Positions 1-10,922 of a DNA stretch of 64,000 bases are shown here, in pieces; within the stretch, counting starts at the first letter, position 1; every line of letters begins with the position of its first letter. Location of the stretch: positions 9,482 to 73,481 of the forward strand of contig CALSLK010000021.1 of assembly GCA_943787175.1 (NCBI GenBank), given 5' to 3'. The stretch comes from an uncultured Alphaproteobacteria bacterium. GTDB lineage: Bacteria > Pseudomonadota > Alphaproteobacteria > SP197. Both the position numbers and the translations under genes were made by a program. The notes under the pieces were generated by a model. That model did not search any database. It was not told where the DNA came from and was given only the letters and a program-made list of their open reading frames with translations.

Positions 1-104
1 GACCGTCTGTGGCGGTTTCGGTAACCTGCATGAACTTGCCGTGTGTCAGGGGTTGGTCGGAACAGCAGTCTGGACTTGGAGCCGACGATAAGCGTGATCG
101 GAAT

Positions 105-189
105 TGGTGCGGGCGGAGGGACTTGAACCCCCACGACTTTCGTCACCAGATCCTAAATCTGGCGTGTCTACCAATTCCACCACGCCCGC
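105..189 (-). tRNA. tRNA-Leu (anticodon TAG)
   Basis: Reverse complement folds as a type II tRNA: acceptor GCGGGCG/CGCCCGC, anticodon loop TTTAGGA, long variable arm, T-loop GGTTCAAGTCC, encoded CCA. Confidence 0.85.
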
Positions 190-272
190 GCCGACCGTGA
201 CAAGGCCGTGCCTGCTGTCTGGGGCGGACCATATAGTATCGAATGCCTCCGCCCGCAACCGGCATAACGCCA

Positions 273-1669
273 TCACGAAGGCGCCCTGACGGATTTAGCC
301 AGCGTTCGCAGGTCACTTGATGCAGCAATTTTTCCTGTGGTGGCGAATTGTTCGTGGTTTCTGGCGATATCATCGAGCCTGTAGAGATAGTTGACCATCA
401 GCCCTGCAGATTCGCTCGTTCCCTTTGACGAAAGGTCGCCCATCCAGTTCAGACGCTCGATTCTGGCTCCATTTGTAAGATGGAAACGTGCCACGGGGTC
501 TACCGGGCGGTCCCCGCGCTTTTCATCCATCAGGTATCGCGCGGCAAGGGCAACAAGCTGTTGGCGCCAGGGTTTCAGGGCATCGGGCTGCGCGTTCTTC
601 AAGGCCTCCCGAAGGCCTGAACGCGCCTCTTCAGGTTTCAGACCGGCGGGAGCCAATGAGAGAGATTCCTCCTGTGACAGATAGCGATCCAGCCAACGCG
701 TGAATCCAGGCAGCGGGGAGAGGGTTGCGAAAGTTTTGAGGCCAGGCAGCTCGCGCGATAACTCATCGACAACCCGCTTGATCAGGAAATCACCCAGACT
801 GACCCCAGCCAGACCAGCCTGTGTGTTTGAGATCGAATAGAAGATTGCGGCGTCAGCCACACGCGCAGGAACCAACGGGGCATCAGGATCCAACAAGCGC
901 TGGACACTGTCAGCCATGCTTTCGACCAGCGCGACCTCGACAAAGATCAAGGGTTCGTCGGGCATGTTGGGATGGAAGAACGCAAAAAGCCTTCGATCGG
1001 TCTCCAGGCGGTTCTTGAGATCATCCCAACTCGTGATCTGGTGTACCGCCTCATAGGCAATCAGTTTTTCCAGCAGGGATGCGGGGCTGTCCCACGACAA
1101 GCTCCGCAACTCCAGAAAACCGACATCGAACCAGGCGAAAGCAAACGTCGCAGATCATCAGCAACGCGCACCAGAACAGGCTCCTCGCGACGACCGGCAA
1201 GCGCATCTGCACGCATATCGACAAGAAATTTCAAGCCGTCCGGCAACCCGTTGAACTGCGTGAACAGACTCATGCGCGGCGATTCCGTGGCATCGCGAAG
1301 CGATGTTGCCAAAGCACGCCGCGCCTCGCTGTCGCTTGCACCAAGAAATGCCTTGGCCTCACGCGCAACTTCTTCCACATCGATATCAAAATCTGTCGCC
1401 AGCATCGCAAGGAACCGTCGCCGGCCTTCAGTATCCAGATCCAGATAGGTGTGACCAAGATGTGCAGCACGGGCACGGGCCAAAGCCTCGCCTCCCCGCG
1501 CCTGGATGCATTCGGCAACCCTGCTTCGTAACCGGTCACGGTCATCGTCAGGAAGATTCGGCCTCACACCACCGGCCACTCGGACCAGCGTCGCATCCGC
1601 AATCTCCTGCCAGGCCCCAGACAACTGGGTCAGTGCCCGGTCCCAGAACCCTTCTCTTCGCTCCGTCAT
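273..1669 (-). CDS. malonyl-CoA decarboxylase, frameshifted near 1138-1140 (T-run one base short)
   Basis: Two overlapping minus-strand ORFs (1061..1693 and 273..1109) give the N-terminal helical domain and the C-terminal catalytic domain (LEKLIAYEAVH, FAFFHP, FHLTNGA). Restoring one T yields the RRLLFAWFDVGFLELR junction. The start at 1669 (MTERREGFWDR) shares an ATGA overlap with the nnr stop. Confidence 0.75.
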
Positions 1670-3243
1670 GACGACCAGACCTTCAGTTGACACAGAACCA
1701 TAGGTAACAAATCGGGCAAGTCTTCGGCGATCAATCCGGGACCGCCTTCCTGGCCCACCGCACCATGGAGCCAGACCCCTGTTGCTGCAGCATCGAAGGC
1801 ACCCAGGCCCTGTGCAAGCAACCCACCAACAAAACCAGCCAGAACATCACCCGAGCCGGCTGTTGCCAGTTCCGGAGGAGCATTGGCGTTGATCAATGCA
1901 CGACCATCAGGGTGCGCGACGATAGTATCGGGCCCCTTCAGTACGACGACAGCACCGCATCGGATTGCAGCGGCGCGGGCATCGGCAAGGCGGTCGTCAG
2001 TTCGTTCGAACAGGCGTGCAAATTCACCCTCATGCGGCGTAAGCACGCACCGCTCGTGGAGGGCGGAGAACAGGACCTCAGGATCATCGGCAAACACGGA
2101 CAGAGCATCAGCATCCAACACAATTGGTTTTGCCGATTTCAACGCCTGCAAGACCTTGTTGCGCGTATCGTGGTCGAGCCCCTGCCCCGGGCCCAGAACA
2201 AGCGCCGTAACCCGACGCTCCGTCAACACTTGCCCAAAAGCATCCTGGTCGGGCAAGGGTTTGAGCATGACCGATGTCAGATGCGCTGCGTAGACCATCA
2301 CCGCAGAAGGCGGCACCGCACAGGTCACCAGGCCAGCTCCCACCCGAAGACCTGCACGTGCAGAAAGTCTGGCTGCACCGCTCGATGCAATCCCACCTCC
2401 GGCAACAACCAGATGTCCTCGCTGGTACTTGTGCGCATCCAGAACGGGCCACGGGAACCGATCGCCCCAGATATCCGGACCATTCTTGCCCACACACGCA
2501 TCGACCGTTTGCACGACCGAATCGGGAATTCCGATATCAGCCACGACGAGTTCTCCACAATGGCCCCGACCAGGAAAAAGGAGGTGACCGGGTTTTGCAC
2601 GACAGAACGTGACCGTCAGCTCGGCCATCACAGCGCCACCCAATACCTTGCCCGAGTTACCATCGACACCACTGGGAACATCCACAGCAACGCAGGGTGC
2701 AGTCAGCGAATCCAGAAAGCTTGTGACTTCGCCATCAAGCGGCCGCGACAGGCCGGCGCCAAACAGAGCATCCACAACAAGGTCCACGTCCACAGCGAGA
2801 CAAGATTGCAGAGGCTCAACCTCTCGCTTCCAGAGCCCGGCAATCGTCGCGGCATCACCGGCAAGCCTGTCCACCGCACCATAGGAAAAAGCCCGGACAA
2901 CCCATCCTGCCTCTTCCAGCAGGCGAGCGATGACATATCCGTCACCGCCGTTGTTACCTGGTCCGCAAAGCACGCTGACACGGCCGGGTTTCCAGCGATG
3001 GCAGATCTCGCGCACTACCGCGGCACCCGCACGTTCCATAAGAACATGGCCGGGCGTGCCTAATGCAATGGTCTCCGCATCCGCCTGAGCCATTTGCTCG
3101 ACAGTCAAAAGAAATTCTGAGTTTGGAAACACCTCGGCTCTCACGAAAGCTCCTGGGGGCTTTCGGTCAAGGTGCAGCCACATGGGTTGCTTCGGTTCCT
3201 GTCCATTCTCATGTCTTACAGTCCCGTTCTTCAGCCATCCCAA
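1666..3243 (-). CDS. nnr: bifunctional NAD(P)H-hydrate epimerase / ADP-dependent NAD(P)HX dehydratase
   Basis: 525 aa ORF with an N-terminal YjeF_N domain and a C-terminal carbohydrate-kinase-like domain (GSGDVLAG). Confidence 0.85.
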   Translation of the reverse strand: MGWLKNGTVRHENGQEPKQPMWLHLDRKPPGAFVRAEVFPNSEFLLTVEQMAQADAETIALGTPGHVLMERAGAAVVREICHRWKPGRVSVLCGPGNNGGDGYVIARLLEEAGWVVRAFSYGAVDRLAGDAATIAGLWKREVEPLQSCLAVDVDLVVDALFGAGLSRPLDGEVTSFLDSLTAPCVAVDVPSGVDGNSGKVLGGAVMAELTVTFCRAKPGHLLFPGRGHCGELVVADIGIPDSVVQTVDACVGKNGPDIWGDRFPWPVLDAHKYQRGHLVVAGGGIASSGAARLSARAGLRVGAGLVTCAVPPSAVMVYAAHLTSVMLKPLPDQDAFGQVLTERRVTALVLGPGQGLDHDTRNKVLQALKSAKPIVLDADALSVFADDPEVLFSALHERCVLTPHEGEFARLFERTDDRLADARAAAIRCGAVVVLKGPDTIVAHPDGRALINANAPPELATAGSGDVLAGFVGGLLAQGLGAFDAAATGVWLHGAVGQEGGPGLIAEDLPDLLPMVLCQLKVWSS

Positions 3244-4695
3244 TCATCCGCCTTTGTTGGACGAAACGTTTTCCTTGTAGGCATCCAGTGCTCGTTGTCT
3301 GGCGGTTGCATGGTCTACGCAAGGTTCAGGATAGGTTACGCCCAAAGCAACGCCAGCAGCTAAAAGTTCCGCTGGAGGTGCTGACCACGGCTCATGAATT
3401 TCATGGTCCGATAATGCCGCAAGCTCTGGCACCCAGGTTCGGATATACGTCCCCTTTGCATCGAACTTCCGCGACTGCGTCATTGGATTGAAGATGCGAA
3501 AAAAGGGCGCCGCATCGGCACCACAGCCAGCAACCCATTGCCACCCGGCACTGTTGCTGGCGAGATCCGCATCAACCAACGTGTCCCAGAACCAGCGTTC
3601 ACCATGGCGCCAGTCGATCAGGAGATGTTTGGTGAGAAAGGACGCCACAACCATACGCACGCGATTGTGCATCCAGCCGGTTTGCCAAAGCTGACGCATG
3701 CCTGCATCGATCAGGGGATATCCGGTCTGGCCCTGCTGCCAGCGCGCCAGGCCTTCGGGATCGTCCCGCCAGGGCATGGCATCAAACTCGGCCTTCAGAT
3801 TTTTGTCCGGGAGAGTCGGGTTGTGGAAGAGCAGCTGATGGCAGAACTCGCGCCAGCCAACCTCCTTCAGGAAGGTCTCTATGCCTTCGTTAGGTTCGCG
3901 CGCTTCAACGGCATGCCAGATCTGGCGCGGACTAATCTCACCGAAATGAAGATGCGGTGACAGCATAGAAGTTCCATCGATTCCGGGCAGGTCTCGATCC
4001 TGTTTGTAGGAGGTGCCTGCTACATCGAGAAACGCGACAAGGCGTTCACGTGCGGCGGCCTCACCCACCTTCCAGGTCTCAAGCAGACCACCGGCCCAGT
4101 CTGGCTTGGAAGGTTGCAGATTCCAGGAATCAAGATCGTCAGACACGGGCCATTTACCAGCGAGCGAACGCAATTGGTCCGGCCTCTCGATGCCTGCAGC
4201 GACAGATTTCTGGCGGCAGGCGCGCCAAAACGGTGTGAAAACACGGTAGGGCGAATCCGATCCCGTTCGTATCTCCCAGGGTTCAAACAGGACTGAGCCC
4301 TGAAACGAGTCGGCCCTACACTCAGCCTGGTGAAGTGACTTCTTGAGTGCGGCATCTCGTTCCAACGTCGATGGGTCGTAACAACGGTTCCAGACCACTC
4401 CGGACGCCCTGGTCGCTTCCACGAGTGAGGCGATAACCGAATGTACCTGGCCACGACGCAGGATCAGACGTGAACCCAGCCCCGCCAGGTCGCGCTGCAA
4501 GGCCTCAAGACTTGCATGCAGCCACCACCTGTTTGCCGCTCCGGGGCACCAGTCTTCAAGGTCATCGTCATCCAGTATGAAGACCGGAATCACGTCGAGA
4601 CCGGTTTCAACGGCATGAGCAAGCGCAGGATGATCGCTCAAGCGCAGATCGCGCCGGAACCAGACCAGCACCGGGCCATCAGAAGAATTCACCAA
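3244..4695 (-). CDS. phr: deoxyribodipyrimidine photolyase / cryptochrome family
   Basis: 483 aa; VWFRRDLRLSDHPAL N-terminus; FAD-binding region TGYPLIDAGMRQLWQTGWMHNRVRM and NSAGWQWVAG. Confidence 0.9.
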   Translation of the reverse strand: MVNSSDGPVLVWFRRDLRLSDHPALAHAVETGLDVIPVFILDDDDLEDWCPGAANRWWLHASLEALQRDLAGLGSRLILRRGQVHSVIASLVEATRASGVVWNRCYDPSTLERDAALKKSLHQAECRADSFQGSVLFEPWEIRTGSDSPYRVFTPFWRACRQKSVAAGIERPDQLRSLAGKWPVSDDLDSWNLQPSKPDWAGGLLETWKVGEAAARERLVAFLDVAGTSYKQDRDLPGIDGTSMLSPHLHFGEISPRQIWHAVEAREPNEGIETFLKEVGWREFCHQLLFHNPTLPDKNLKAEFDAMPWRDDPEGLARWQQGQTGYPLIDAGMRQLWQTGWMHNRVRMVVASFLTKHLLIDWRHGERWFWDTLVDADLASNSAGWQWVAGCGADAAPFFRIFNPMTQSRKFDAKGTYIRTWVPELAALSDHEIHEPWSAPPAELLAAGVALGVTYPEPCVDHATARQRALDAYKENVSSNKGG

Positions 4696-4703
4696 TCTGG
4701 AAG

Positions 4704-5402
4704 TCAGGAAGCCTCGCCGCCCTGGGCCAGTTTTTCAATGTGGCGCCGGTCGATGATGTAAAGTGTGCGGTGCCTGCGCTTCACAATACCGACGTTCGTG
4801 AGCTGACCGATCGCACGGGCTACGGTATCGGTTGTGGTTCCCGCCCAGATGGCGATTTCCTTGTGCATTGGAATCGTGGGGATTTGCCAACTACCATCCG
4901 CCGAAGGGGAAGGCTCGGCCATCCTCAGAAGCTCGTCGTAGACACGCTGAATGCCCGACTTGGTGCTGAGATCAACTACGCGATCATTGGAACCGCGCAT
5001 GATGCGCGCAAAGTCCCGCAGCAGGTTGATTGCGACACCCGAATCCAGTCGCAAGACCTCAAGCATGACAGCTCTGGGAACCGATGCGGTAATGCATGCG
5101 ACGACCGCAACAATCGTTGCTGAGCGTTCACCACCATCTACCAGAGAGAGTTCACCGAAATGCCCTCCGGCATCAACGTCGGCAAAAGCAATCTCCTGGC
5201 CCGATGCAGCGTGAATAAGAACACGCGCAGACCCTTCGACCAGAAAAATAAAATCCGTAGCCGGGTCACCGCGCACACAAATTTGCTCGCCTGCCTCATA
5301 CGCGTACCAGCTCGATGCCGCCTCAACGCCAGCAACAGTCCTGCTTTGGACCTCTTCAAGGACACTGCAATGTCCCAATCTCCGAGGTTCTGCTTCCTGC
5401 AT
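4704..5402 (-). CDS. Crp/Fnr family transcriptional regulator
   Basis: 232 aa with a cNMP-binding beta-roll (DFIFLVEGSARV, GELSL) and a C-terminal HTH (TTDTVARAIGQL). Confidence 0.8.
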   Translation of the reverse strand: MQEAEPRRLGHCSVLEEVQSRTVAGVEAASSWYAYEAGEQICVRGDPATDFIFLVEGSARVLIHAASGQEIAFADVDAGGHFGELSLVDGGERSATIVAVVACITASVPRAVMLEVLRLDSGVAINLLRDFARIMRGSNDRVVDLSTKSGIQRVYDELLRMAEPSPSADGSWQIPTIPMHKEIAIWAGTTTDTVARAIGQLTNVGIVKRRHRTLYIIDRRHIEKLAQGGEAS

Positions 5403-5518
5403 GATCCACCCAATCCCGAAAAATTCGAGCCCCTGGTACGATTATGCGTGTAGTTAAAACGCAGGGCCATCGCTATTCCTACACCTACTCGCCTTCTGGT
5501 AGTACAACACGGTACGTT

Positions 5519-5538
5519 TTGCAAAGAAGTCTTTACAA
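5519..5538. promoter_or_regulatory. 9-2-9 near-perfect inverted repeat TTGCAAAGA-AG-TCTTTACAA upstream of the Crp/Fnr gene
   Basis: Palindrome seen directly in the sequence, about 117 nt upstream of the Crp-family start codon. Candidate operator for a dimeric HTH regulator. Confidence 0.3.
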
Positions 5539-5584
5539 ACCCGAAGTGTCAAAAAGCACGCTAATCCAGAGAGCATGAGGGAAA

Positions 5585-5661
5585 TGGTCGGAGCGGCAGG
5601 ATTTGAACCTGCGACCTACGGTCCCCCAGACCGTTGCGCTACCAGGCTGCGCTACGCTCCG
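5585..5661 (-). tRNA. tRNA-Pro (anticodon GGG)
   Basis: Reverse complement CGGAGCG...GGTTCAAATCC...CGCTCCGACCA; anticodon stem ACGGT/ACCGT with loop CTGGGGG. Confidence 0.85.
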
Positions 5662-5710
5662 TCCTGATGGTTAAAGCCTTCAGAAAAGCTTTCCATATCG
5701 CTCACATATC

Positions 5711-6163
5711 TCAAGCGCGCGCCGCCAGCAACCGCCGACATGCCTCCAATTCGGCAATTGCCTTCTTTATCGCGTCTCTGTCCCCAGAACTGCGGGGGCG
5801 CGTTGTTGCTTCAGTGGCGGCTCCAGGCTCTGGAGTCTGCGGCACCGCTTCAGCCTGCTCGTTCTGAAGCGCGGCAACGCCACCATGACGCATCAAGCGC
5901 TGGACGCCCTTGATCGTATAACCTTCGGTGTAGAGCAGACGCTTGATCTGGCGCAGAAGTTCGATGTCTTCAGGACGGTAATAGCGCCGTCCGCCGCCGC
6001 GCTTTAGCGGCCGAATCTGATGGAACTTTGTTTCCCAGAATCTCAGGACATGCTGAGCAACATCAAGCTCGTCAGCGACCTCGCTGATCGTACGGAACGC
6101 GGCCTTTGATTTGGACCCGCGCCGACTGCTGCCCGTTGTGCGCTCACCTGCCTGTGCGACCAT
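5711..6163 (-). CDS. MerR family transcriptional regulator
   Basis: 150 aa; [25 protein letters not shown]; conserved position immediately downstream of ihfA in alphaproteobacteria. Confidence 0.8.
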   Translation of the reverse strand: MVAQAGERTTGSSRRGSKSKAAFRTISEVADELDVAQHVLRFWETKFHQIRPLKRGGGRRYYRPEDIELLRQIKRLLYTEGYTIKGVQRLMRHGGVAALQNEQAEAVPQTPEPGAATEATTRPRSSGDRDAIKKAIAELEACRRLLAARA

Positions 6164-6165
6164 GG

Positions 6166-6480
6166 TCAGCCGTTGCCACGATCAGGATGATCGTCGTTGA
6201 TCTGGTCTTTTAGAACATGCGATGCCCGGAACACCAAAACCCGGCGGGGCAGAATGGGAACCTCTTCACCGGTCTTGAGATTACGTCCAACCCGTTGCGC
6301 CTTCTCCCGAACGGAGAAACTACCAAACGATGAGATCTTTACCGTGTGGCCATCTGCAAGCGTGTCGGAGATCTCCCCCAGCACCGATTCCACCAGTTCG
6401 GCGGACTCGCTGCGCGAGAGCCCAACCTCGTGGTAAACCGCCTCAGTAAGGTCGGCTCGGGTCATGGTCTTGTCAGCCAT
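6166..6480 (-). CDS. ihfA: integration host factor subunit alpha
   Basis: 104 aa; [10 protein letters not shown]...GFGSFSVR...[11 protein letters not shown], typical HU/IHF fold sequence. Confidence 0.9.
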   Translation of the reverse strand: MADKTMTRADLTEAVYHEVGLSRSESAELVESVLGEISDTLADGHTVKISSFGSFSVREKAQRVGRNLKTGEEVPILPRRVLVFRASHVLKDQINDDHPDRGNG

Positions 6481-6541
6481 GCGCTAGATGTCTCCTATCC
6501 CCTTAAGGTGATAGGCTAACTGCAAGGAGAAAATCAGTCAA

Positions 6542-6554
6542 TATCAACTGGTTG
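6542..6554. promoter_or_regulatory. IHF consensus-like site TATCAACTGGTTG (WATCAANNNNTTR) upstream of ihfA
   Basis: Match to the IHF consensus about 60 nt upstream of the ihfA start. ihfA is autoregulated in other bacteria. Confidence 0.2.
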
Positions 6555-6616
6555 CGTCTGATCGCTTAGATCAAACAAGATAGGCTTAGGTCGCGTTGTT
6601 AACGTAAAGAGTCAAG

Positions 6617-7594
6617 TTACCAACGTACCATGGCTGATCCCCAGGTGAAGCCGCCACCCATGGCTTCCAACAGCACCATGTCGCCCCGCTTGATACGGCC
6701 ATCGCCCGTGGCTTCTGCGAGAGCTAGCGGTATCGAAGCGGCCGACGTGTTGGCGTGACGGTCAATGGTGATGACGACCCGCTCGTCGGTCATACCCAGC
6801 TTGCGCGCTGTTGCGTCAATGATGCGACGGTTCGCCTGGTGTGGAACCAGCCAATCAATATCTTCTTTCGCAAGCCCGTTGGCTTCCAGTGCCTCGTCGA
6901 CAGCCTGAGCCAGATTGACGACAGCGTGCTTGAAGACCTCCCGGCCTTCCATGCGCAACTGACCAACCTGCTGATTGGTCGATGGCCCACCGTCGACATA
7001 GAGCATTTTGGTATGATTGCCGTCGGCATGAAGGTGGGTCGAAAGGATGCCACGATCAGCAGACGTGCCCTCACCTACTCCCGGCTGCAAGACGACCGCT
7101 CCGGCACCGTCTCCAAACAGGACACAGGTACCACGGTCACTCCAGTCGAGTATGCGCGAGAAAGTCTCGGCTCCGATTACCAGCGCACCCTGCGACTGTC
7201 CAAGACGCACAAAGTTGTCGGCAACGGCCAGCGCATAGACGAATCCGGTGCAAACGGCCTGAACATCAAAGGCAGCACCCTTGGAAACACCCAGGTTGGC
7301 CTGAACCTGAGCCGCCGTTGCAGGAAATGTCAGATCGGGGGTCGCGGTCGCCACGATGATAAGGTCGATGTCATCAGCGGTGACCCCAGCATGATCCATG
7401 GCTCGCCTGGCAGCGCGCGTCGCCAGGTCGGATGTTGGCTGACCGTCTGCGGCGATATGGCGCTGTCGAATGCCCGTACGCGACTGGATCCATTCATCGG
7501 TTGTATCGATCTGCTCAGCCAACTCCGCGTTGGTCAGGCAGCGTTCGGGAAGATAGGAGCCAGAGCCAACGATGTATGAGCGGATGATGGTCAC
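6617..7594 (-). CDS. fabH: beta-ketoacyl-ACP synthase III
   Basis: 325 aa; [24 protein letters not shown]-terminus; catalytic Cys context CTGFVYAL; fabH-plsX-rpmF synteny. Confidence 0.9.
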   Translation of the reverse strand: MTIIRSYIVGSGSYLPERCLTNAELAEQIDTTDEWIQSRTGIRQRHIAADGQPTSDLATRAARRAMDHAGVTADDIDLIIVATATPDLTFPATAAQVQANLGVSKGAAFDVQAVCTGFVYALAVADNFVRLGQSQGALVIGAETFSRILDWSDRGTCVLFGDGAGAVVLQPGVGEGTSADRGILSTHLHADGNHTKMLYVDGGPSTNQQVGQLRMEGREVFKHAVVNLAQAVDEALEANGLAKEDIDWLVPHQANRRIIDATARKLGMTDERVVITIDRHANTSAASIPLALAEATGDGRIKRGDMVLLEAMGGGFTWGSAMVRW

Positions 7595-8640
7595 GAGTTT
7601 ACCGCTTCAACAGGCACACCAGAGAACTGTCCGAGCAATTCCACGTCCTTGATGACCTTCTCGTTGAAACCCTGGGTCAGCATATCGACGGCAAAACCGA
7701 TGGCATTGGCATATCCCTGGGCATCCGTACCGCCATGGCTCTTCACAGCCACGCCATTGAGGCCCAGAAACATGCCGCCATTGTACTGGCGTGGATCGAC
7801 CCGGTTCTTGAGAGCGTTCAACGCCGGCTTGGCAAGCCAGTAGCCCAGCTTCGAAAAGAGCGATCGTCGGAACGTCGCGCGCAGGAAATCGCTGTACATG
7901 CTCGCGGTACCCTCAGCAGTTTTGAGTGCAATGTTCCCGCTGAATCCATCGGCAACGACCACATCAACCGTGCCTTCGGTGATATCGTTGCCCTCAACAA
8001 ACCCATAGAACTCGAGAGGCAATTCGGCATTGCGGAGAATTTCGGCAGCTCGCCGAATCTCCTCATGTCCCTTGCTCTCTTCACTACCCACATTCAGCAA
8101 GCCGACAATCGGGCGACGCTGCCCCTGGATGCTGCGAGCAAAGGCAGCTCCCATAACAGCAAACTGCACGAGATTATCGGCATCACAGTCGATGTTCGCA
8201 CCAAGGTCGAGCATGACCGATTGGCCACGCTGAGTGGGGAACGTTGATGCAATGGCAGGACGATTGATCCCGGGCAAGGTGCGCAGCGCCAGTTTTGCCA
8301 TGGCCATCAATGCGCCGGTGTTGCCCGCTGAGACAACGCCAGAGGCTTTGCCCATCTTTACGTCGTCAATGGCCATGCGCATGCTGGATTTGCCACCGCG
8401 GCGCAAAGCCTGAGACGGCTTCATATCCGGCTCAATGACCATCTCGGCGTCGATGATCTCACTGACACCGTCAAGCTTGGGGAATCGCTTCAGGAGTTTT
8501 TCCAGCTTCTCGCGCTGACCGAACAGTCGAAACTGCGTGTCAGGGTAACGCACGCGCGCAACATTTGCGCCTGCGACAACGATTTCTGGCGCACGATCAC
8601 CACCCATGGCGTCCAGTGCAATCACATGGGCAGATGTCAT
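7591..8640 (-). CDS. plsX: phosphate acyltransferase PlsX
   Basis: [18 protein letters not shown] motif. The six-frame ORF runs upstream into rpmF; the true start is [10 protein letters not shown] at 8640. Confidence 0.85.
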   Translation of the reverse strand: MTSAHVIALDAMGGDRAPEIVVAGANVARVRYPDTQFRLFGQREKLEKLLKRFPKLDGVSEIIDAEMVIEPDMKPSQALRRGGKSSMRMAIDDVKMGKASGVVSAGNTGALMAMAKLALRTLPGINRPAIASTFPTQRGQSVMLDLGANIDCDADNLVQFAVMGAAFARSIQGQRRPIVGLLNVGSEESKGHEEIRRAAEILRNAELPLEFYGFVEGNDITEGTVDVVVADGFSGNIALKTAEGTASMYSDFLRATFRRSLFSKLGYWLAKPALNALKNRVDPRQYNGGMFLGLNGVAVKSHGGTDAQGYANAIGFAVDMLTQGFNEKVIKDVELLGQFSGVPVEAVNS

Positions 8641-8677
8641 GATGTCAACGCGAACCTCACGAATGGGGCCGGAAGGA

Positions 8678-8863
8678 TCAGATGCTGCCCTTGGGCTCCG
8701 TGACCTCTCGGTCGCGGTAGAAGCCGCAGGACGAACACACATGATGCGGCAGCTTGATTTCGCCGCAGTTGGGGCATTCGTTAATGGACGCCGCAACCAA
8801 CGAATGGTGCGAGCGACGATTGTCCCGCCTGGAACGGGAAACTTTCTTCTTTGGGACCGCCAT
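8678..8863 (-). CDS. rpmF: 50S ribosomal protein L32
   Basis: 61 aa [20 protein letters not shown]... with a CPNCG...CSSCG zinc ribbon. Confidence 0.9.
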   Translation of the reverse strand: MAVPKKKVSRSRRDNRRSHHSLVAASINECPNCGEIKLPHHVCSSCGFYRDREVTEPKGSI

Positions 8864-8936
8864 GGTTTGCGTCTCTACTTCAGAATTGGAGGATTTCTGG
8901 GGCTATATCAGGCTTTTCGGAGCCCGACAAGCATGC

Positions 8937-9536
8937 TCATCCGTCTAGCTTGAGACCTTTGAGCGCAGCGAAGGGATTATCACGCTTAGGAGCTTCAACC
9001 TCAACATATCTGGGGTCGATCGAGGCACCCTTGGCACGCGGGTAAGGATCAAGTGCCAGGCCCAACTGTTCTGCGACCATCTTGCCAAGGTCGATGACGT
9101 CATCGACCAGAGGTTCAGGCGGATCTTCACTGCCGGGATCAAGATCGATGGTCTCGTCGAACTCACCAGATGGGCGCACATCAGGGTCAAATGCACGTGT
9201 GTAAGTTTCCTCAACCGTCAGCTTCAGAGGCTGTAGAGAAACGACACAGGTCTGTTCAATGCGCGCCGTCACTTCCGTTTCGGCAAGAACCTGTCTGCCA
9301 TGGCGTTTCAGAAGGATGTCGGCATGCAGGCTTTCAACCCCGGCAATAGAAAACCAACCCGCCAAAGCCTGACATTCTTCGGCATCAGCATCGATGGATT
9401 GTCTCTGGTAATCACCATCTTCCAGATCGAGGACGCTGACTAGACGTGAAAATTCTATGTCGTTCATGAAGACTATCCGCTGCAAGGCGAAACCATGTTC
9501 CGCGTCGTCTGATTCAATATGGAGGTTTGTCGTCAA
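8937..9536 (-). CDS. yceD: YceD/DUF177 family protein (large-subunit rRNA/L32 accumulation)
   Basis: 199 aa acidic protein in the conserved position upstream of rpmF. Confidence 0.7.
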   Translation of the reverse strand: MTTNLHIESDDAEHGFALQRIVFMNDIEFSRLVSVLDLEDGDYQRQSIDADAEECQALAGWFSIAGVESLHADILLKRHGRQVLAETEVTARIEQTCVVSLQPLKLTVEETYTRAFDPDVRPSGEFDETIDLDPGSEDPPEPLVDDVIDLGKMVAEQLGLALDPYPRAKGASIDPRYVEVEAPKRDNPFAALKGLKLDG

Positions 9537-9539
9537 ACC

Positions 9540-10157
9540 TCAATCTGTGGATGCATGGCCAGGACTGACAAGCGTCAGATCACCAGCCAATAGTGCATCG
9601 TCAGGCTGACTGTCCAGATGCGCTTCCTGGCCACGGACATAGGCCTCAAAGACAGTCAGATGATCTTCCTTGGCTTCGACGGTTCCGAACGTATTGCGCC
9701 GCAGGGCCTCTTTAAGGGCATCAGACTCCGCTCCATCAGCCAAAGCGGCGTTGAGCGCGGCTGCGCGCCCGTAAAAGGCCTGGCCCATCTGCTTGATGCG
9801 CGAACCGACTTTGAGGTCACCCACCCCGATCTGGCGCAACGCGCTGTCAAAGTCTGCGAACATCAGGTCAAACAGGGATTGTGCCGCCTCTGCACCACCC
9901 TCCTCGATCCGACGCAGGCGGCGCATAATCAGCAAACCGTGCAACACATTCATTTCGAAGCGGCCATCCAATGTGTCGGGCACACCAAGATCGGCAAAGA
10001 ACACAGGTTCACGCGCCCGCTCGACCATGGTGTCATAGAGCCGGTGTGTGGATTCATCGAAACGCGAACGAGAAAGCAGGCGTCGAAGCATGGCGTCATG
10101 GGCCCGATAGCGGTATGGAAGCGTGTCTGATTGACAGGGAGCATCGGCTCCCGGCAT
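9540..10157 (-). CDS. ubiquinol-cytochrome c chaperone (Cbp3-like) family protein
   Basis: 205 aa. Position between bamE and yceD matches the alphaproteobacterial arrangement. Family assignment from recall, not searched. Confidence 0.55.
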   Translation of the reverse strand: MPGADAPCQSDTLPYRYRAHDAMLRRLLSRSRFDESTHRLYDTMVERAREPVFFADLGVPDTLDGRFEMNVLHGLLIMRRLRRIEEGGAEAAQSLFDLMFADFDSALRQIGVGDLKVGSRIKQMGQAFYGRAAALNAALADGAESDALKEALRRNTFGTVEAKEDHLTVFEAYVRGQEAHLDSQPDDALLAGDLTLVSPGHASTD

Positions 10158-10197
10158 CGTCCGCGCCTTGATTAGGTGCTAGAGGCCATGGGGTCAA

Positions 10198-10710
10198 ATG
10201 ACACAGCAGGGTAAGAGGATGCAGATTTCCAAAAAGGTAGCGCTGAAGGAAGGTGGTCGGAGCTTGATGATCGCCGTCGCCCTGGCTGCTGGCCTTGCTG
10301 CCTGTGAGCCGCGGATATCCACGCATGGCTATGTTCCCAATGAGCAGATCCTCAACCGTATCGAGCCCGGTCTTCATAACCGCCTCGAGGTGGCCCAGTT
10401 TCTTGGCACGCCGTCGTCGACGGCACTTTTTGGCGCAGAGACATGGCTTTACATCACAGCGCGGCGTGAAGAGTACGCGTTCTTCCGGCCCGAGATCATC
10501 GACCAAAGCGTCATCGCCATCGCGTTTGACGAGCGCGGAATCGTCCAGGAGATCGCGGGTTACACGCTGGAGGATGGCCTTATCGTCGATCCCATCTCAC
10601 GCACGACTCCGACCTACGGCAAGCAGCTGGGGCTGCTCGAGCAGCTGGTTGGCAATGTCGGACGCTTCAACACCGAAGGGCAGTCTGGTGTGTCGCTTCC
10701 CGGCCAGTAG
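10198..10710 (+). CDS. bamE: outer membrane protein assembly factor BamE (SmpA/OmlA lipoprotein)
   Basis: Signal peptide with lipobox LAAC, then SmpA_OmlA domain (HGYVPNEQILNRIEPGLHNRLEVAQFLGTPS). The true start may be an internal Met. Confidence 0.75.
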   Translation: MTQQGKRMQISKKVALKEGGRSLMIAVALAAGLAACEPRISTHGYVPNEQILNRIEPGLHNRLEVAQFLGTPSSTALFGAETWLYITARREEYAFFRPEIIDQSVIAIAFDERGIVQEIAGYTLEDGLIVDPISRTTPTYGKQLGLLEQLVGNVGRFNTEGQSGVSLPGQ

Positions 10711-10834
10711 GGAACACAGCTCAGTTCTCACATGAACAAACCACACCAAAATATTGTTTTAATTATGTTTTTATACTTATATCGTCTTTAGCTCAGAGGT
10801 CGATCAATCGATTGAGCATGGCTGGAAGTTCAAC

Positions 10835-10876
10835 AAAAAACGCCCGGTGGAAAAACTCCACCGGGCGCTTTCTTGT
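10835..10876. terminator. bidirectional rho-independent terminator between convergent bamE and hppA
   Basis: GC hairpin CGCCCGGTGGaaaaaCTCCACCGGGCG flanked by an A6 run on one side and a T-rich run on the other. Confidence 0.6.
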
Positions 10877-10922
10877 GCATTACCGGGGCCAACAAACCGT
10901 TGGCTCCAGGCGATCAAGCCAA

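Noticed and set aside
1765-3063. 432-aa plus-strand ORF antisense to nnr
   Set aside because: Antisense artefact of a high-GC gene; no protein-like motifs. The opposite-strand nnr is a clear match.
6755-7579. 274-aa plus-strand ORF antisense to fabH
   Set aside because: Antisense shadow ORF of fabH.
10740-10800. AT-rich 60-nt block between bamE and hppA as a possible mobile-element scar or sRNA
   Set aside because: Lies between two convergent genes next to a clear bidirectional terminator hairpin. Most simply an intergenic terminator region.
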